Shown: positions 24,761 through 35,510 of the stretch, one piece after another
How the letters are laid out: every line of letters starts with the position of its first letter
Numbering within the stretch: position 1 is the first letter of the stretch
DNA from: Octopus bimaculoides
Taxonomy: Eukaryota
DNA length: 64,000 nucleotides
Assembly: GCF_001194135.2 (NCBI RefSeq)
Contig: NC_068984.1
Coordinates: forward strand, 144,664,850-144,728,849
Direction of reading: 5' to 3'
Translations under genes and position numbers: made by a program
Notes under the pieces: model-generated
What the model saw: only the letters and a program-made list of their open reading frames with translations
Database searches by the model: none
What the model was told of the DNA's origin: nothing

Positions 24761-27648
24761 TGATATATAAATATCCCTGATAAAGCTGCTCTGTGTATCA
24801 TAAATGATATCATCATGAAAATAAGATTAAATGGAAAATCATTTTAGATGTGTGCAAAATACAGCTGATGGCTTCAATCTATTTTAAGTGATGTAGTACC
24901 TGCAACTGCATAGCAAACCAGTTAGAAGCATTTAGTAAACTGCTAGAGTGTCTATATGGGGTTGGTCAAGATGCTAGAAATAGTAGTTAAATTTCCTCTC
25001 AACACTTTATGCAAGGTGTCTCTTTTTTTTTTTTTTTTCAAGTAAATAATGTAGTTCTGTAGACATAATGTATAAAAGAAAATTAGGGATTTGGTCATGG
25101 ATGGAATGTCTTTGATCAGCCCTGATTTGGGGTTAATAAAATAGTGCTGCTGCTGCTGTGGAGGATGATACCACCCATGCCAACAACAACAACAACAAAA
25201 AGTAAAAGATCCAAAACACTACAACATTGTTATTTCTATTTGACAAAATAATGACAAAATAAACTGAAAATTTAAATTTCAGGTTTAGCTGTGTCCCAGT
25301 GTCCAATAGTAAATGATAAATAAATGAAGTTAACAAGTTTGGTATGGCAGGTTCGATCTCACTGAGTGACACTTAAGTAGGTGTCTTCTGCTTTAGAATT
25401 GGTGTCATCAGTGCATTGTTGATGCAATTTGGTAGATAGAAGTTGTGATAGAAGCTGATTGTGCATGTGTCTGCGTTTGTTGTCTGTAAGTATATATGCA
25501 TGTATGGTAAGGACTGATCTCAGGGTGTTGGGCCTCACAGAGGAAATGACAACAGACTGAGATGTCTGGTGTTGTATGAGGTTCTTGAGAAGACCTGCCC
25601 ATGTCAGCAAAACTGAGTTCTAGAAGTGTTGCGTATCCCACCCACCCGTAACAAGAAAAATTTCCACACACCCTACCCCAACAAACCAAACTACATCTCT
25701 TCTCTTCCTCACATCTCTTTCATGCCCTATTCTTATCTCTCCCTTTCCAATCCTGTCTTCATGGCCCTGCTCACTGCAGCATAGCTAGCCAGTAGCCCCA
25801 TCCCACTCTATATACCCAGGTTTCCACCACTCACTGCAATCCCCTCCCTCTATTCTCTTCTCATGCTTCTTTAGCAATGCTCTGCCGCTTATATTATGAC
25901 CTCTGTACCTCAAAGATATGCCCTGGCATTTGCCACCATCTACTCCTCTCTTCTTTTACTCAACCATCCCATTATATTCTGATCCCCATTGCTTGTGAGT
26001 ATGCCTGGCACTTTACTACCACTGTCTCCCACTCTCTCTTTCTCCTGCTCTTTCCTCAGGCTGGGTGACCATGTACTTCCTCTACTGCAGCACACCTGTT
26101 TCTGTCCTCATTCCTGATCTCTCTCTCTCCCCAGCCGAGTAACCTTGTACTTCCTCTACATCAAGACACCTGTTTCTGTCTCTCTGTCTCACTATAACCT
26201 TTCATCATCTGATACAAGATCATCTCCACCAATGCCTCCTCCCCCCCTCAAAAGACATTTATCTTGCAAGTTACTTGGTGACCCTGTCAGTACAGGTGCC
26301 ACTTAAAAAGCATCCAGTCCACACTGTAAAGTGGTTGGCATTTGGCAGGGCATCCACTCGTAAAAACCTTGCCAAACTGACCTCGCCTGTGCTTGTGCTA
26401 CATAAAAAGCACCAAGTCTACTATGCTGAGTGGTTGGTGTTAGGAAGGGCCTCCAGCTGTAAAAATCCTGCCAAAACAGACACAGAAGCCAGCTGCTGTT
26501 AAACCCTCCAACCCATGCCAGCATAGAAAGCAGATGGTAAATGATGATGATGTATATTTTTCTTTTTTCTTTTCAATTTAAAATAATTTTTGATGAGGCA
26601 CCTACTTAGTAGTAAAGTTGCAAAGGAAAAAAATCTTTTCTTTGCCATCTTTTAAACCTTAAAAACATTTTGCTGATCATTATTCTTCTAAATATCAGGA
26701 TCATTTCTTGTGGATAACTTAAGGAGATGCATTCTCTCCCAAACAACCCAGTTCAGTCCAGGCAGGTTGGTACGTATCCTGTAGCTCTAATAATAAGCAT
26801 GAAACTGAAAGTGCATTTGGGGCTGAACAGGGTTTTTTGGGAGAGACTGCATCTCCTTAATTTATACACTACAGTGGTATGTATGTATGCCTGCATGTGT
26901 ATATTAGGAAAAAGATATGTAGAACAGGGAGAAAATTACTGATGCACTGGTGCAATAAAAAAAATGCCATGTCTGTAGCACAAAAACATTTGCCTCTCAT
27001 CAGAGCCACCATTGTAAAATGCAATGAACTGCAATTGGCTTATAGGAAATCTATCATCAATGACACTATTGTTTATATTAAGGTCCCAGGAGGCATGTTA
27101 CATGTGTTACAGATGTGTTACACATATCTAGCAGAGCTGATTGAGAGGATCCTATTACAACAACAACAACAACAACAACAACAACATGGTGTCACCATGG
27201 GTTACTAAATTGATATACAATTAGCAGATTATGCTGCTTTTCAGAGTTGAACACTATTTTTTTTAAACATTTAAACCACTTGCTACTTGAAAATTTCAAT
27301 TTTTAATGGTAACAATCAGTGTTCCCTTCAGGCTGTGTGCTTGTGCACATGCACTCATTTTAACAACTCAGAAAGGAAAACAATGTGTGCGCACAGGTTT
27401 TTAAAGTGAAATTGAATTTTTTTAATCACAAAGTTTGAATGATGTTTACTCACATGGATGTACACATACTGAGCAAATAAAGACAAATTTTACGCACAAT
27501 GCAAATCTCTGTGCATGCCCACAGCAAAAAAAGGAGGTGGGGGGAAGTTGGAAATCATTAAATTATAAACTAATTCAGTTAGAAACGACTCACAGATGTT
27601 TTTTATAATTTACAAACAAGATTTTCATAATGGGTTCCCTTCTAACAG

Positions 27649-27745
27649 GATCTGCTTCGATTATGATCTGGCAACTTTTGTGCAACAAGCTTACTGGGCC
27701 TTAAAGAGTAGAGTAACAGAGGATAATGTCAATGAGTATTACAAT
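27649..27745 (+). CDS. Candidate internal exon of an unidentified plus-strand gene, inside the CREBL2 intron
   Basis: Acceptor ttcccttctaacag|G and donor AAT|gtaagt. The 97 nt are open as (x)ICFDYDLATFVQQAYWALKSRVTEDNVNEYYN, in unique non-repeat sequence. Family not recognised; only a loose resemblance to a BTB/BACK junction. Confidence 0.5.
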
Positions 27746-28642
27746 GTAAGTTAAGTTCCAACTCAATGATATATACAGTATATGATGGCATAAAAGACAC
27801 GTGGCCATGTTAGATGCATCTCAACTTCAGAAGTGCATGTTCAAGACAAAATATTTTTAGTGCATTAAAGCATGTAAGATGGGCCCAGTTTTGGATATAA
27901 GACCTGGGGGAATTTTGGGGGAATTTTTTGCAGGGAGAAGATGGCATCTTATACACTACCAAATATGGTAATTTATCTCCAAATAGCAGCTGAAGAATAT
28001 GGTATGATTCAAAAGAAATGTTTTTTTTACATTTATTACTGAATAAAATTTGCAAAAATAAAAAAGTTATTAAAAAAAAAATTATATAGTCAGTTATAAA
28101 AATATTTTCTGATAACATATATGTTTGTTGAAGAAAAGGGGTCGGATATAGTAATATAAATGCTGTAGTATATAACTGGTATGTATTTTATGAATCTTGG
28201 AGGAATGAAAGTTGACTGTTGAGATTGAAACTCAAAATCTAGATAAGTGGAATTAGATCCATCTAAGGATTTTGTCTGATGCATCATTAATTACTACCAC
28301 CACCACCACCACCACACTATTATATTTAGTAAAGCTCTCCACCACCATCACCGGGTGAAATGCTTCGCGGTAGTTTGTCTGCCGCTGCGTTTTGAGTTCA
28401 AATTCTGCCAAGGTCGACTTTGCCTTTCATCCGTTCAAGGTTGATAAATTAAGTACCAGTAAAAAATTGGGGTCGATGTAATTGACGTATCCCCTCCTCC
28501 CTCAAATTTCAGGCTTTGTGCCTTTAATAGAAAGGATTATTATCATTATTATTATCATTATTATTATTATTAAGATGGCAAGTTGGCGGAATCGTTAACA
28601 TGCTGGATAAAATGCTTAGCGGCATTTCATCTGTCTTTATAT

Positions 28643-29521
28643 TCATCATCATCATCATCATCATTTAACGTCCATTGTCCATGCTGGCATGGGTTGGATG
28701 ATTTGACCGAGCTGGCATGCTGGAAGGCTGCACCAGACTCCAGTCTGATTTGGCATGGTTTTCAACAGCTGGATGCCCTTCCTAATGCCAATCACTCAGA
28801 GTGTAATCAATGCTCTTACATACCACCAGCATGGGTGCCATTTACATGACACTGGGGTGCTTTTATGTGCCACTGGCATGGGTGCCAATTTGTGTGACAC
28901 CAGTATCTGCCATGACTGCGATTTTGCTCGACTTGATAGGTCTTCTTCTCAAGCACGGCATAATGCCAAAAGTCTCAATCCTTGCTTCTGTGAAGCCCAA
29001 CACTTGAAAGGAGTTCAGCCACTTTGCCTCCGTGAGGGCCAATGCTTGAAGGGTGTTCTTTACATGCTACCAGCACAGTAGCACTTGGCTTGATGAGTCC
29101 TCTCAAGCACAGCATATCACAAAAAGTTCTCGGTCACTAGTCATTGCCTCTGTGAGGTCCAAAGTTCAAAGATCATGCTTCATCATCTTGACCCATGTCT
29201 TCCTGGGTATACTTCTAACACAGATTCCCTACATAGTTAGAGATTGGCACTTCTTTACACAGCTGTCCTTCTTGATACACATCACATGACAATACCAGCG
29301 CAGTCATCTCTCTCGCACACCACATCTGATTCCTCTTATGCTTAACTTTTCTCTCAAGATGCTTACATTCTGTCAAACATGCACACTGACATTACATCCA
29401 GTGAAGCACACTGGCTTCATTTCTTTCAAGCCTACGCCTGTCCTCGGCTGTCACAGCCCATGTTTCACTGCCATGCAGCATAGCTGTTTTCACACAAGCA
29501 TCAAACAATCTGCCTTTCACT

Positions 29522-29568
<47 letters not shown>

Positions 29569-29590
29569 NNNNNNNNNNCTGCCTTTCACT

Positions 29591-29638
<48 letters not shown>

Positions 29639-30160
29639 CCCTTTGTTGTCAGCAGGGATAGGAGCTCTCTGAACTTTACCCATCCTAAACTTATTCTCAC
29701 AGCTATGCTCTCGGAGCATCCACCTCCACTTCTAACTACTTCTATCTACTACCTCTAGCTTGCAGTGGATGGAGTATATTTTCTGCCTATTTTCAGCATT
29801 TATTGTACCTGTGCATCTTCTGCATACAAAAGCTAACTTCTCGGTTAATCTTCCTCTGATATTGCTGCACCTTTTGTGTCCAAAGCTTACACTGGGTGCA
29901 TCTTATGGAATTTCTACCCACACCTTTTCTACAGATTGAGTAGGACCATCTACCTGAAGGGATTTGTGATTTGTCTGCCTTTGATTTTCGCTAGGTTAGC
30001 TAAGGCCCTTTGATTCTAGACTTTGCTTCCATACCTGAAACATCTTCTCTAGTTCAGGTAGTGATTTATCTATAAGAGCAAGGTCATCAGCATAGAGGAG
30101 CTCCCAGGGGCAGCTTGTCTTGAATTCTTCTGTTATTGCCTGGAGGACTATGATGAACAA
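28643..30160 (-). mobile_element. RTE-clade LINE 3' portion with 3' UTR and (GAT)n tail
   Basis: PWELLYADDLALI near 30070-30110, then ISLGWVKFRELLSLLTTKGLSLRVKGRLFDACVKTAMLHGSETWAVT. Runs without a break into the abundant (GAT)n-tailed repeat at 28643-28900. Confidence 0.88.
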
Positions 30161-30479
30161 GAGNNNNNNNNNNGGGGGGGGAGCACTGATCCTTGGTGAA
30201 CCCCTACTTGTACCCTAAATTCATCACTATACTCATTGCCAACCCTCACCTTACTGACAGCATCCCTGTACATGGCTTGTACAGCTCTCACCAACCACTC
30301 ATCTATCCCTAGTTTCCACATTGACCACCAGCAACTTTGCCTTGCATCCTTTCTGGCTCAATAAAATAAGTACCATTTAAGGACTGGTGGTTGATGTAAT
30401 CAACTCACCCCTTCCACCGTAATTGCTGGTCTTGGGCCAAAATTTGAAATCTGTATTATTATTATTATTATTGATTTGA

Positions 30480-30920
30480 CTCCGGTACACTCTAATTCCT
30501 TGTAGAATCTACATAGATCACAGGTTACTACAGGTAACCCTCAGTATCCTCTAACTTTCAATAGTCTTTCAAGTGCTTAAAATCCTTCTGATAATCTTTC
30601 CTGTCTCTAAGAGGTAAACTTTCTTCAGAAGCTCCACAGGTCATTCCATTCCAATCTCCTTCAACCATTTCTCTATATCTTTGCTTACAGTTCCCAATGC
30701 ACCAATTGTTACAGGAACAACCTTTACAGTTTGCATATTCTAAATTCTTGCAATTTCAAATCTTAAGGGATTATATTTAAAAAATTTTTCATCCCCTTTC
30801 TTTATAATCCTGGAATCAAATTGAACATGATGGATCAATTAGAAGCAGCTTCCCTTTTTTTCTTATTTATTATTGTTATGCCTGGTTTATAATTTTCTAA
30901 CTTTTTATCCATTTGAATAG
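30480..30920 (-). mobile_element. 3' fragment of an R4/Dong-like LINE (end of the RLE domain)
   Basis: VKVVPVTIGALGTVSKDIEKWLKEIG; flanked by (ATT)n at about 30458 and about 30928. Confidence 0.75.
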
Positions 30921-30928
30921 AAATTATA

Positions 30929-30970
<42 letters not shown>

Positions 30971-30972
<2 letters not shown>

Positions 30973-31185
30973 GGCAGCGAGCTGGCAGAATCGTAAGCAT
31001 GTTGGATGAAATGCTTAGTGGTATTTCACCCATCACTATGTTCTGAGTTCAACTTCCACCAAGGTCTACTTTACCTTTCATCCTTTCGGGGTCGATAAAT
31101 TAAGAACCAGTGAAACACTGGGGTCGACTGAAATCAACTAGTCCCCTCCCCCAAAATTTCAGGCCTTATGCCTATAGTAGAAAGG

Positions 31186-31189
<4 letters not shown>
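30971..31189 (+). mobile_element. tRNA-derived SINE family A (well-preserved copy; roughly 20 or more copies or fragments in the window)
   Basis: A box (TGGCAGAATCG) and B box (GAGTTCAA), core CCTTTCATCCTTTCGGGGTCGATAAATTAAG (resembles the Meta/MESC SINE domain), (ATT)n tail. Other copies at about 1940-2610, 6805-7190, 8745-8935, 15360-16690, 28355-28640, 31850-32045, 32580-32720, 41190-41330, 42710-42920 and 56540-56750. Confidence 0.88.

Positions 31190-31268
<79 letters not shown>
31188..31268. repeat. Compound (ATT)n-(ACT)n microsatellite (tail of a SINE A copy)
   Basis: Directly visible motif switch. Confidence 0.95.
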
Positions 31269-32337
31269 GAAAGGAAGATGAAGGACAGCCTGAAGTGGTA
31301 AAGATGCTGAACTTCATAAATTAGCAAGACACTGTACTGGAGGAAACCTGTTCATCTGAAGCAAGCATGGAAAAACATGTACAATCATAATCATCATGTA
31401 GCATCCATGTTCCATGCTGGCATAATTCTGATGGTCTGACAGGCAGTCGCAAGGATGGAGAGCTGCACCTAACTCGAATTGTCTGTTTTGGCATAGTTTC
31501 AACCCCTGGATGCCCTTCCTAATGCCAACCACTTTACATAGTGGAATTGGTTTTTTTTTTTTTTCATGCTGCCAACATTATCGGGATTGCCATGCAGCTT
31601 GCAAGACAATGAATCTTGGGGGAGGTGGGGGTTATCCTTATGCTAAGGGACAAGGGGTTAAAGTATGAGAGAAGCGATGTCGGAACAGGTTCTTCTGGAG
31701 GATCTGCATGGTTAATCATATTTAGTAGAAACGAAGGAGGATGATAAACAAATGATGAACAAGAGCTGCAAAGGGACAAAGGGTCAGAATTGAAGAGTGG
31801 ATGATTGATGATGATGATGATGATGTCATTGTATCTATTAGCATGAAGGTAGCAAGCTGGCAGAAAGGCTTATTGATATTTTGTCTGCTGCTATGTTCTG
31901 AGTTCAAATTTTGCAGAGGTCGATTTTGTCTTTCATTCTTTCGGGGTCGATAAATTAAGTACCAGTGAAACACTGGGGTCGACTGAAATCGACTAGTCCC
32001 CTCCCCGCCAAATTTCAGGCCCTGCGTCTATAGTAGAAAGGCTTATATCTATTAGCAACTCTTTGGACCTGAAGATATCAGTTCATAGTTTCTCTTTTAT
32101 ATCTGTCTCAAACCTACAGACTCATAAAATAGAAGCTCATCTGGATTTCCAGAGAATTTAGGCTGAAAGCCTAATACTAAGTGGCATTTAAAATCCCATA
32201 GTCTATTATTTACAATACTCTCTTACTGATGATGATAAAAGTGAAGATGATGATTGCTATAGGGATAAAGAGATATGGATGACTGAGTTCATCTTTTGCA
32301 TATTGCTGGTTCTTATTTTATAGAACCGAGGTCAATA

Positions 32338-32382
<45 letters not shown>

Positions 32383-32929
32383 TTTTTGATCAGATCCCTG
32401 GGAAACCAATAGTCTATGAAAGTCAAAAAATTGTGTTGACATCAGCCGCCCACATTCTCAGGAAGTTTCTCTCCATCTAATATACATGTGCCTTAGGTCT
32501 CTGGTTGAGACCCAATCAGAAGATGAAAGAAAATGCAATTCAATCGGGAAATGATCATAATAATAATAATAATAATGGTTTCAAATTTTGGCACAAGGCC
32601 AGCAAGTTCAGGAGGTGGGGTTAAGTTGATTCCATTGACCCCTGTATTAAAGTGGTGCTTATTTTAATGACCCCAAAAAGATGAAAGGAAAAGTCAGCCT
32701 TGGTGGATACTGCCTTATGTAATAATAATAATAATGATAATGATGAAGGTTTGTTTGTCACCAGGGCAAAGGATGAGGGAGAGAAATAATGATGAATTTC
32801 TGAGACACACGACTCTAAATGATTGTGAAGATGTTTGGTTGATTAAAACCAAATCTAGGACTTGACTGGTTACTTGTTTTTATTGATTCTGTGGGTGAGT
32901 AGTGCAAGAAATAAGGAGAAAATACTCAC

Positions 32930-33130
32930 CCGCTCAAGTTCATCCCGTAACGAAAATATCGACCTTTCTCGTAAAACAACAAGTTCTTCCAGATATTGGT
33001 AACGCAGTTTCTTCCTTGCTCGACATTCTCTTGCACTTTGTCGGCTTCTTTCTAGCCGAGCCTTCTGGTCAATCTTGGAAGGTTTTCTGCCTCTTCTACC
33101 AGCTCGTTTCACTGGCCTTTCGGCAGACAT
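32930..33130 (-). CDS. CREBL2: CREBL2 (cAMP-responsive element-binding protein-like 2; REPTOR-BP family) bZIP exon, 67 codons
   Basis: Translates MSAERPVKRAGRRGRKPSKIDQKARLERSRQSARECRARKKLRYQYLEELVVLRERSIFSLRDELER, nearly identical to the CREBL2 basic region as I recall it (GKRGRKPAKIDLKAKLERSRQSARECRARKKLRYQYLEELV). Acceptor ...tttcctacag|AAA ATG (exon starts 33133); donor GAG CGG|gtgagt at 32929, phase 0. A few upstream codons may lie in an unlocated exon. Confidence 0.93.
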
Positions 33131-33964
33131 TTTCTGTAGGAAACAACAAGAGAAAGATTTATTTGCTTTAAATCATTCATGTCAGTCATAAATCTCAAGC
33201 ATCAATCACTGATTTATGTAAAAATAGAAAAAGCAACTACCCTTCAACTTCAATAAGTTCCTACTAATATTTTATATTATGATAGTCCTGTTATAATGTG
33301 GGACTGTGGTCACCCCATACATTTAACAACTAGAACAATAATCTTTGTTCCTGGGAACAACTCCTTCCTCACAAGTACACTTGAAGTGTCCACTCCACTC
33401 CTGTACATACATCCAGCTGGAGAAACAATGCCAAATGGAAACAGGAGAGGGACTTGGTCCTCTGGCTGCACCTGGCTGGACAACAGAATAAACAAGAACT
33501 GATTAAGCCATAATGACCTGTCCATCCCACGACAGCTTAGAGAGCAGTCATACAATGATGATGATGAGGAGGAGGAGGAGGATATAAAACACACAAAAAA
33601 AAAAATATCCAGAATGTTGATATTGAAGATATATATACGGATACATGGTTCAATTCCTATGGTAACTTTCCCCCCGCCACTTTTTTTTCCATTGAGTATT
33701 TTATTAGAATTTGTAGCTTCATTTGCATTTTTGTAATATTATGAAAAAAGAAAAAAAAGATTTATTTTCAAATTTCTTCAAAAATGGAAAACAAAAGCAA
33801 GCAGTTTTATTACTTACAGTTCATATCTTTGTAACTGCTTCACCAGGAGAGGCAAAGCAGTGGCCAGGGCTTTCTTCAAACCCTTTTCAAGGCCACTGTG
33901 ACTGGTGGAATGAAGAGAGGAAGTTGTCCTCCAAACAGAGACTTCACCTATGTTGCTTGTAACA

Positions 33965-34184
33965 GAAAAAGACTCCACTAAAGAGACCCAAAGGTCAGCT
34001 GATGGTGTTAAACTGGACATTTGGATGTTCAGTCACAAATAACACCCAGGATAACATCTTTAGAAATAAGTCATCGGAATGGCTCACATATATCAAGGAT
34101 TTCCAACCACTTTCACCTACAAACCCCTTTGATTACTATTTTATTTTGGAGAACCCCCATAGTTATTTGATGCTTAAAAACTAG
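33965..34184 (+). mobile_element. Possible old Tc1/maT transposase relic
   Basis: TQDNIFRNKSSEWLTYIKDFQPLSPTNPFDYY loosely matches QQDSAP..QEW..D.WPPxSPDLNPLDYY. Confidence 0.3.
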
Positions 34185-35169
34185 TTTCATAGATATTTCT
34201 TTCAAAATAGCCATTATCAGTACAACGGACAGACTTATTTCCAGGAGGTAAGTAAGTTGTGGACACGTGTTTCTGTTTCAACAGCCATCACCAGCACAAC
34301 ATCAACCTGACCTCATCCCCAGCAACTTGTTTCAGTCATTTCACTGATGCCATGCTGGAGTACAGCCTTCAGTCGAACAAATCAACCCCAGGACTTATTC
34401 TTCGTAAGTCTAGTACTTATTCTATTGGTCACTTTTGCTGAACTGCTAAGTTACAGCAACGTAGACACACCAACATCAGTTGTCAAGCGATGGTGTGGGG
34501 GACAAACACAGACACAAATACATAGATACACAAACACACATATATATGACGGGCTTCTTTCAGTTTCCGTCTACCAAATTCACTCACAAGGCTTTGATCG
34601 GCCTGAGGCTATAGAAGACATTTGCTCAAGATATTTAATTACAGAAATATAATAGGATTTTAATTAAACATTGAATGGTTATGGCGGTCAAAATAGAGGA
34701 AAATAGGAATGAAAGGGGCCCAGAGAAACAGAAGAGGAAGAATATTCTGTATGTGAGAGATGTCTGAATTGAAGAAGAGTAGAAATGAATGATAGTCACT
34801 GTATCTGGGAGATTAGCTTAATCTGGGAAAGATTAAGATACAGGAAAATATATGAACAAGATTCTGGTATTTTTCCATATACGTACAACCAACAAGAGTT
34901 AAGTACTACACATACATACACACAAACACACACATCTATATAGAATGCTATCAATACAAGGATACCATACACACACAAGCATTGCATGTGACAACTACAC
35001 ACACACACGTACATGGCACATGACTACAGTATATGCATGCACATACATATAAACAATGCGCATGACTACAAATACACACACACACAAACATGTGATCACA
35101 AAGCACACATACACACAGACACTCACACAAAACTGAGCTGTTATTTACTCAGTTTCAACTAGACAATGG

Positions 35170-35510
35170 ATCACATTTTAACTGGCCTCAGGTTTAAACA
35201 GACAGTAGTTGTTGGTTTTAACGTGACAATAGATTTTTTATACATCCTGGTTTTGACTGAATACTAGCTCATTGTTTTAGCTAGACATTAGACCTCATTT
35301 TAACTGGAGACTAAACCCCATTTTTGCCTGGACCTTAGTTTTACCCGAAGATTAAATTCCAGATTTGTCTGCACAACAGGGCTCTGTTTTGACTGGATGG
35401 TCACTAGGTCTCTGTTTTAATTGAATAATAGACTCTAGTTTTGACAAAAAACTGGACCCTGTTTTCTTTAGATATCTAGCTCTGTTTTGACAGAAGACTA
35501 GAAGTAGTTC
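35170..35510. repeat. Highly degenerate tandem repeat, unit about 25-30 bp (TTTTGACTGGA...TAG.CTCTG)
   Basis: A recurring TTTT(G/A)ACT(G/A) .. CTAG .. CTG motif, about 12 times. Confidence 0.55.

Noticed and set aside
26879-27208. 109-aa poly-Q ORF
   Set aside because: It starts in TG-rich low-complexity sequence, the poly-Q comes from (CAA)n, and I found no convincing splice sites or homology.
30971-31060. tRNA gene
   Set aside because: The A and B boxes belong to a SINE head; no complete cloverleaf, and many diverged copies.
34211-34247. 37-nt plus-strand exon HYQYNGQTYFQE with good splice sites
   Set aside because: Too short, and adjacent to a possible transposase relic. Kept only as a weak member of the antisense-gene hypothesis.
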